Assembly (NCBI GenBank): GCA_009859145.1
Contig: VRVR01000022.1
Span: 1 to 64,000 of the forward strand
Reading direction: 5' to 3'
DNA length: 64,000 bases
Origin: Andalucia godoyi And28
Lineage: Eukaryota > Protista > Jakobida
In this document: positions 57,689 through 64,000 of the stretch, piece after piece
Position numbering within the stretch: position 1 is the first letter of the stretch
Layout of the letters: each line of letters begins with the position of its first letter
Position numbers and translations under genes: made by a program
Notes under the pieces: model-generated
Told to the model about the DNA's origin: nothing
Seen by the model: the letters and a program-made list of their open reading frames with translations, nothing else
Database searches by the model: none

Positions 57689-60307
57689 CTAGCGTCTCCG
57701 CGAAAACGAAGCAGCTGGCCGTCGATCGTAGGCATCTGCATGCGCATTGTCGTCATCGATGCCGTCGCTACGACCACCACCGTCGCGGTTGCCGCCGTCG
57801 TCATCATCGTCGTCGTCGTCCAAGAGATCCGACGCGAGGGAAGCCAGCGATCGCACCTTTTCCTGCAGACGAGGTCGCGGTGCCGTCGGAAGGACGCCCA
57901 TTGGAGTGCGCTGAAGCTGGCGAAGGCTCGCTAGCAGCGTGTTTCTCTCCTTTTGCAACGCACCAATTTGGTCATCCTTGCGCCGCGTCTTTTCCTCCCA
58001 GTACACTTCTCTGGCTTCCTGTTCCGTTCGTCGCAGTTCGTTGATCTTTGCAATTTCCTTCTCTGCCTTGCGTACCAAGGACTCCTTCTTTGCAATGTCC
58101 CGCTCCAGCTTGGCAATGGACTCTCGCGCTTCCGCTTCTTTTTCCTTCCACCGGATAATCTCCGTCTTCGAAGACGCGTCGGAATCTTCGCGGGACCGCT
58201 GGACCTCCTTCTCCAGCCGATCAATCTCGTCGTCACGCCTGCGGATTTCGTGCTTCAGTCGCACAACTTCATCCACCGATCGAGAAGCCTCGGATTTCAA
58301 TGTTTCGACCTCGCGACGTTTTTCCTCGGCTTCCCGAGTCAGTGCTGCAATCCGACGGTCCCGGTCCTCCAAATCCGCATCGTGAAACACCTTCATCCGC
58401 TGAAACCGCTCCTCAACGAGCGTGTCCTCAATCTGCGACCGGCGCGAAAGCGAGTCTCGTTCAATACGCAGGCTGTCGATTTCCTTCCGCAGGGTGTCCA
58501 CAACGACATGAGACGTCTTCTCTCGATCCTCCTTGTCGGACTGCCGAACCACCTGGACAGCATGGTTCTTCGTTCTAACCTCATTCCACTTGTTCCGCAC
58601 AAGTCCGTTGAGCCAGTGGATTCGCATCGTTGCAAACGCAAGTCGTTGTTCATACGCCTCCAGCCGCGCACTGACCTTGCTTCGAATCACCTGCTCGACG
58701 ATGCCGCACAGCATATCTGGAGAAAGCGCCTTCTTCAGCATGGCCAAGCTGGAGCCATGTCTAGTGCGCTCCCGCGCCATCATATCTTCCTGCTTCTTGA
58801 TCATTCCCTCGAGCACTTTAACTCGGGTCTTCTCCGCTTCCACAAGCGCCTCTGCCCCTTCGAGTCTCTTCCTGATTACAGCAGACTCCCGTAAGTTGCT
58901 TTCCATGGTTCGCATGAGCTGGGACTCCCGGTGTTTCGACAAGGACTGCACGTCTCGCACTCGCTGACCCAGCGTCTTCTCCTTGAGAATAGCACGGTAT
59001 GCAGCTTCTCTCCAGCGCTGGATCGAGGACTGCAACACGGGATCCGCCTCAGCACCAGCCGGACTCGAGAGTCGCTGCAGCTGCTCGTCTTGAATCGCCG
59101 TGATGTCCTCCAACGCTGCGATCCGCGTTCGTGAAGCATCCAAGTCTCTCGACAGCATGGTGATTTGGTCGCGCAAAGACGCCACCAGATCGTCCGACGG
59201 CTCCTCAACAGCCATTGAAAACTCGGCTTCCGAATGCGCCTTCAGATCTCGCTCGAGGTCCTTCTGATGGAACAGCAGTTCTCGAAGCTGCCGAACCGTG
59301 TCTCTCTCCGCATCCAGCATGGACCTGCTTTCTGTTACTTGCTCTTCCATTGCCTTTACCCTTGCGTGTGCTTCGTGCAACTGTGAATGGGCAGTCCGCA
59401 AGTCGTCGTCGGCTGCATCAAGTCGCTGCGTTTTTGCATCGCGATCTCGCTGCGTTTCCAGCAGCTCCATCCTCGTTCTCTCAAGCTGCGACTCCAGCAC
59501 TCTCATCCTCGCAATCTGATCCAACCGGTCCATTTCGCTCGCAAACGACGCCTTCCCAGGCCTCCTCCCTCCCGCACTGTCACTCATCACCTGATCAGGG
59601 TGATCCTCCACGACCCTTTCCTGCCGCTGCCACTGCGATTGCGATTGTGAGTGCGGCTGAAGAGCAGGCGGCACCAAAGACTGAGCGTGCTCACCCGGCA
59701 ACGAGTGGTCATGGTGCGCAGTGCCTTCATCCTCTCGATACGCAGAAGCGTGCGGAATCCTGGTGTGAGAGAGGTGGACAGTCCGATTCGCACTTTGTGC
59801 CCTGGCGTCTGCTCTTCTGATTTTCCAGTATCTGCGCTCATCGTCAGTGATCCGAATGCCGTCAATGACCTCAACTCCCGGCACCCGCATCGACACCGCC
59901 TCGCGATACTGGTCTTCGTCCTCAAACTGCTGCTGGAATGGATTCCCCGCTGCGCCAAGCTCCTTCAAAAACACGCATTTTCGCAGAGGCGTCAGCGCCT
60001 CGATGTCTGTCATCAGATTCGATGACAAATCAAGCGCTTCAATCACAGGTAGCTCGATATGCACCGCCACCGGAATCTCTGAAATTCTGTTATTCGACAA
60101 GTTCAGCAGCCGTAGTCTGCGCAACGCCGACAGATTCTCAATCTGCGATATCTGGTTGAACGACGCATCGATCTTCTCAAGCGATCGTAATCCCTCGAGA
60201 TTCTCGATTTTCGATATGCAGTTCTGCGACACATTGAACACTGCGAGACTAGGATGCTTCAGAAGAACATCTGCCACTAATTCTCGTGATATGCAGTGAA
60301 GCGGCAT
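57689..60307 (-). CDS. SDS22-type LRR protein fused to a CCHCR1/HCR-like coiled-coil rod (~872 aa)
   Basis: N-terminal LRRs (ISKIENLEGLRSLEKIDASFNQISQIENL) and an LRR cap (NPF...YRE.V...VP.V..IDG). The coiled coil contains IQRWREAAY, RLAFA..RI..LNGL and ERNTLLASLRQ, resembling CCHCR1. Confidence 0.8.
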   Translation of the reverse strand: MPLHCISRELVADVLLKHPSLAVFNVSQNCISKIENLEGLRSLEKIDASFNQISQIENLSALRRLRLLNLSNNRISEIPVAVHIELPVIEALDLSSNLMTDIEALTPLRKCVFLKELGAAGNPFQQQFEDEDQYREAVSMRVPGVEVIDGIRITDDERRYWKIRRADARAQSANRTVHLSHTRIPHASAYREDEGTAHHDHSLPGEHAQSLVPPALQPHSQSQSQWQRQERVVEDHPDQVMSDSAGGRRPGKASFASEMDRLDQIARMRVLESQLERTRMELLETQRDRDAKTQRLDAADDDLRTAHSQLHEAHARVKAMEEQVTESRSMLDAERDTVRQLRELLFHQKDLERDLKAHSEAEFSMAVEEPSDDLVASLRDQITMLSRDLDASRTRIAALEDITAIQDEQLQRLSSPAGAEADPVLQSSIQRWREAAYRAILKEKTLGQRVRDVQSLSKHRESQLMRTMESNLRESAVIRKRLEGAEALVEAEKTRVKVLEGMIKKQEDMMARERTRHGSSLAMLKKALSPDMLCGIVEQVIRSKVSARLEAYEQRLAFATMRIHWLNGLVRNKWNEVRTKNHAVQVVRQSDKEDREKTSHVVVDTLRKEIDSLRIERDSLSRRSQIEDTLVEERFQRMKVFHDADLEDRDRRIAALTREAEEKRREVETLKSEASRSVDEVVRLKHEIRRRDDEIDRLEKEVQRSREDSDASSKTEIIRWKEKEAEARESIAKLERDIAKKESLVRKAEKEIAKINELRRTEQEAREVYWEEKTRRKDDQIGALQKERNTLLASLRQLQRTPMGVLPTAPRPRLQEKVRSLASLASDLLDDDDDDDDGGNRDGGGRSDGIDDDNAHADAYDRRPAASFSRRR

Positions 60308-60745
60308 TCCATCAACCCCAAGCCGCGAAAGAAAATGAAAAGAATAACAATAACAATAGCAATAGGAACAATAATAAGAAGGAGGGGGGGAACTGTACAA
60401 TGTTAACTAGTATAACAACAATGGAGACAGAAACGTAAAGAATCATATGCAAAAAATGGGCAGTTTTAAATTTTAAAAAGACGATCGTTATATCTGAGAT
60501 GAGGAAAATTGTCCGGCAGTCTCGCGACGGAGGGGGAAAAGGGCGCGCGACTCGTAGACTCGATTGATGCATGCATTTCGGCACATTCGACGACGAATCA
60601 TCTGCATAAGCCAAGGAAGCGAGCGCTGCTTAGGAAGTGAAGGGATGCGAGCGACAGGAAGGAATATGAATACGAGTTCGATCATAAGAAGGAAAACAAA
60701 GAGGGGGAGGAAAAACGAGACGATAGAAGAAGAGAAGAGAGGCAT

Positions 60746-61900
60746 ATGTCGTTGGAATCGAGAATACTAGATTCTTGTCGGCGTCATCATCCAGTATGTC
60801 TGAGTGAGCTTTTGTTTTTGTTTTTGTTTTTTACATATTGGAATTGGACCTGGAATGTATGATGACGAAACTAATGCGAGATGGATGATGATGGTGGTGG
60901 TGATTTGTGATTTGTGATTGATGAGTGTATATAGGCATTGGCACAAGACACGTTGCTTTCGGAGTTGTCGTCGAGCACATCGCATGCGGACATTGTTGCT
61001 TCGATTAATTCACTGATTCAGCGCGGACGGCTGCAGGTGATCCGGGCGCCGAATGACCAGATTTTGTACAAGGAGGTGAGCGAGGAGACTGCGCAGAAGT
61101 TCCGAGGGCTGACTGCGGAAGACATGCTCGTGTACCAGATTATCGAGTCGTCTGCGAGCCAAGGGATCTGGACGCGGCACATCAAGACGAGGAGTAATCT
61201 GCAGCAGACACAGCTCAACAAGATTCTCAAGAATCTCGAGTCCCGAAGGCTTGTGAAGCAGGTCAAGTCAATCGAGGCAAAGACGCGAAAGGTATACATG
61301 CTCTTTGATCTGGAGCCGTCGCGAGACCTGACCGGTGGGCCCTGGTATTCCGAGCAGGACTTTGACTCGGCGTTCGTGGACGACCTCCTGCTGCACATCT
61401 ACAAGTATATTCAGGCTCGAAAGCACGCAACGGCATCACAGATCGCAGAGTTCATCCGCGCTTCAGGTATCACTACCGTCGATCTCAGAGACGCGGATGT
61501 CCAAGCTTTGATCCAGGCCCTTGTCTGGGACGGTCGCATCGTCGAAACGTTTGTCAATCCCAGCACCTTCGGTGCATCTGCATCGTCTGCAACGGCATCT
61601 GCATCTGCATCTGGATCAGCAGCTGGATCAGCAGCTGGGTCAGGACCCGGCTCAAGGAAATCATCGCTCAAAGATGGACTAGGAGTGTCGGCGGCAGGAG
61701 GCTCGTCATCGTCTGCGGCTGGGGCTCTGCACTACAAGGTAGCTGGGTATTATCTTGAAGCGGATGCGCTGACCGAGGTTCCGTGTGCTTCCTGCCCGGT
61801 GTTCGACGTGTGCTCGCCCAATGGAGACGTGAATCCACAGACGTGCGTGTACTATAACACTTGGTTGAAGTTGGAGGCAGATGAACCAGCCCCGTCGTAA
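60746..61900 (+). CDS. POLR3F: RNA polymerase III subunit RPC34/RPC6 (337 aa), two exons 60746-60793 and 60935-61900
   Basis: The phase-0 intron 60794-60934 (GTATGT...ACTAAT...TAG) gives MSLESRILDSCRRHHP|ALAQD. Further motifs: QGIWTRHIK, LKNLESRRLVK.VKS, RKVYML..LEPS..LTGGPWY and the C-terminal Fe-S motif CASCPVFDVC...C.YY..W. Confidence 0.93.
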
Positions 61901-62126
61901 TTGTAAACATGACAGCGAGCGCGCCGAGAATAGGGATCTCCAGTACTGCCCCTGCGGCTTCGTGAAACATGGCGCGTCCCACGAGGGCATCCGGAAATAC
62001 CATTTGGTTACAGTTTTACAAAACACACGCCCACTGCAGACGCACCACAGGCAGACAAGTACGAACACACACACTCTCTCTCTCCCCTCACACACACACA
62101 CACACACACATGCGTCAATGTTGTTC

Positions 62127-63482
62127 TTAAACGACGCCAGAAAGATTCGTTGGTCTCGTCAATGGTGGAGCAAGACCGAGACGTGTATAGTATCCGGAAC
62201 GGATTTGTCTAACAGATCGATTTTCAAGAAGGACAGTCTTGTGGACTCGGAGCGGCCTGACCATTTCAGCACCAGCAGGGCCGAGACCGGGCATGACAGC
62301 GGTTCCCTTGTCACCACCTTCATCGTCACCTCCGCGGACGGATCGGTAGAGACCAAGACCAATGAGAATGACAATAAGACCTGCAATATCTGTGATTCGC
62401 AGTTGTGTCGCATGCTCGCCCATGATGAATTTGAAGGTAAAGCAGATGTTTGCCAGCGGGATAACCACGGCAGATGCAACAAACATGAGCGTTGCAGAAC
62501 CGAACTTGAGAATCATAACGAGCAGGATGTTGTAGGCAATGTTAAAGACCATGTAGATGGTGACGAACGGACCGGCCTTCGGGCAGTCATCCACGACGCA
62601 ATCAGAGCCCTCTCCGTCGCACGACTTGATCGAGTTTTGGCCTGTGAAGTAGCACTTTGCACCATTTGCAAAGTTCTCGGGAATCTGTGATATTGCAATT
62701 CCCTGCACAGGAGCACACGGAACCGCAAACAACAGCTGCACCAAGACCTGGAACACAGCGACCCATGCATTCAGATAGTAGGCATCCATTGGCTGATCCT
62801 TGAACGCTAGCTCCTTGTAGATTGACGAGAGTGCGGTTGGAACGGTTGCCAAGAAGAACAAGCACGTCCACAGAGCATCTCCGCCGCCACCACCACCCGT
62901 CAGAATAGGCGGCAGCAACGTCACGAGGATACCTCCAAAGATGATCACGGAGCCCAGATACTGTCTCCAATGGTAGCGCATCTTGAGCAAGAAGAACGAG
63001 AAGATCATCGTGACTGGAATCGCGCCCTGAGACAGCAACACCGTCATTGGACCCGGAATGTGCGCAGATCCGAAAACAACCAAAACTCCAGCTACCGCAT
63101 CCAGCGCGCCCATAACCGCAAACTTACGCTTCGGGTACTTGATCATATCATCCGTGATGTGATCCGTGAACTTCAGCTTGTACCAAACAGCCCCGAAAAA
63201 CAGCGGAAGATAGATTACAGAGGTCAGCACAGACAGGAAATACAGATAATTCGCCATTGGATACGTCATCAGCTTCAACGCCACCTTGTTTCCCGTACCT
63301 GCTATAATCACTCCAATAAGAAGAGACGCCAGGAACAGCCGAGATGCCTTTGCCGTCGTCCCGCTGGACCCCGCATCGCCGCTTCCGGCTCCTGCTCCTG
63401 CGGTGGACGCTGCTGCATCCGCCGACGAGTCCTGGCCATCGCTACGAGTAATCAGCGGCGTTGACTCTTTTCCCTTCCCCAT
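62127..63482 (-). CDS. Chloroquine-resistance-transporter-like (CRT/CLT, DMT superfamily) transporter (451 aa)
   Basis: About 10 TM helices. GNKVALK, PKRKFAVMGALDA, LLSQ..IPVTMI, ALSSIYKE, NAWVAVFQ, a Cys-rich loop, and FN..YN...ILKFGSA. Confidence 0.9.
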   Translation of the reverse strand: MGKGKESTPLITRSDGQDSSADAAASTAGAGAGSGDAGSSGTTAKASRLFLASLLIGVIIAGTGNKVALKLMTYPMANYLYFLSVLTSVIYLPLFFGAVWYKLKFTDHITDDMIKYPKRKFAVMGALDAVAGVLVVFGSAHIPGPMTVLLSQGAIPVTMIFSFFLLKMRYHWRQYLGSVIIFGGILVTLLPPILTGGGGGGDALWTCLFFLATVPTALSSIYKELAFKDQPMDAYYLNAWVAVFQVLVQLLFAVPCAPVQGIAISQIPENFANGAKCYFTGQNSIKSCDGEGSDCVVDDCPKAGPFVTIYMVFNIAYNILLVMILKFGSATLMFVASAVVIPLANICFTFKFIMGEHATQLRITDIAGLIVILIGLGLYRSVRGGDDEGGDKGTAVMPGLGPAGAEMVRPLRVHKTVLLENRSVRQIRSGYYTRLGLAPPLTRPTNLSGVV

Positions 63483-63531
63483 CTTGCACCCAACAATCTA
63501 GTAAAAGAAACAAAAACAAAAGCAGAAAAAC

Positions 63532-63546
63532 AAAACAAAACAAAAC

Positions 63547-63575
<29 letters not shown>
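63532..63575. repeat. (AAAAC)n microsatellite inside a putative 5'-UTR intron
   Basis: Directly visible. Confidence 0.9.
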
Positions 63576-63578
<3 letters not shown>

Positions 63579-63830
63579 TGATTTTAAATAATAAAAAAAT
63601 ATTAATACTAACCTTACATAATCCTCGTAATCGTAATAATAAAAAGAAAAGAGTAAGGGTCTGAAAATGCGCTAGGAGACAATAGACTATGCAAAGCGTT
63701 TGAGCTTCGACACAGAAGCTCAGAGCGGAATTTTGAGGGGTTTTCTGTTCCCTTTCGCTGAGCTTATGGCAGGGGGGTTGGGATTACAGCAGGCGAGGAA
63801 GGAGTGAGGGGGGAAGGTTGGGAAGACCTT

Positions 63831-64000
63831 TTAGAATTCGTTGGAATGGGTTATCTGCAGTTCAAACGATGCTCGGAGTTGAGAGTAGATGGGGCGAAAC
63901 GATGGATCTGGGTCGGCGATCTTGACGAACAGTTCTGAGTCAAAGGACTGGACGAGCTCTGCCAGGGAGGTGCTTGGCGGCGATCGGGATTCTGCAAAGT
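63831..64000 (-). CDS. Probable 3' end of a gene entering from beyond the window
   Basis: The open minus frame FAESRSPPSTSLAELVQSFDSELFVKIADPDPSFRPIYSQLRASFELQITHSNEF ends at TAA 63831. No family was recognised. Confidence 0.4.
   Translation of the reverse strand, partial: FAESRSPPSTSLAELVQSFDSELFVKIADPDPSFRPIYSQLRASFELQITHSNEF

Noticed and set aside
1-64000. CRISPR arrays, rRNA genes, prokaryotic operons or defence systems
   Set aside because: No spaced repeat arrays or rRNA-like sequence were seen, and the gene content is eukaryotic.

Overview
Gene-dense, intron-poor eukaryotic window using the standard genetic code. The organism has flagellar/centriolar genes (IFT81, KIF9-type kinesin, CFAP299, HYLS1) and the Arp2/3 and capping-protein actin machinery, so a free-living flagellated protist is inferred. 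The organisation resembles jakobid-type genomes, but this is not proven. Positions 1-6.2 kb are a decayed accessory zone: a small secreted protein, a broken Cys-rich surface receptor, and a frameshifted Ginger/Gypsy-type integrase relic flanked by a 19/20-nt direct repeat. Positions 6.4-22 kb encode a probable GPI-anchored propeller protein, an M20 peptidase and one giant (~3,500 aa) cell-surface protein split by a single frame break. The rest is mostly intronless housekeeping genes: MYND protein, WD40 protein, ARPC4, CFAP299, At4g15545-like, vanin, an ependymin-like gene with introns, ankyrin, FAM227, a STE kinase, KIF9, RRN3, IFT81, RNASEK, eIF4A3, HYLS1, DUF229, CapZ-beta, an LRR-CCHCR1-like fusion, RPC34 and a CRT-like transporter, separated by microsatellite-rich spacers. 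All family assignments come from recalled motifs, not database searches. No rRNA, tRNA or CRISPR array was found. The most notable unexplained signals are the giant split adhesin, a diverged ~60-75 nt element shared by two intergenic regions, recurrent candidate 5'-UTR introns, TCACGTGA boxes in upstream regions, and the LRR-CCHCR1 fusion.
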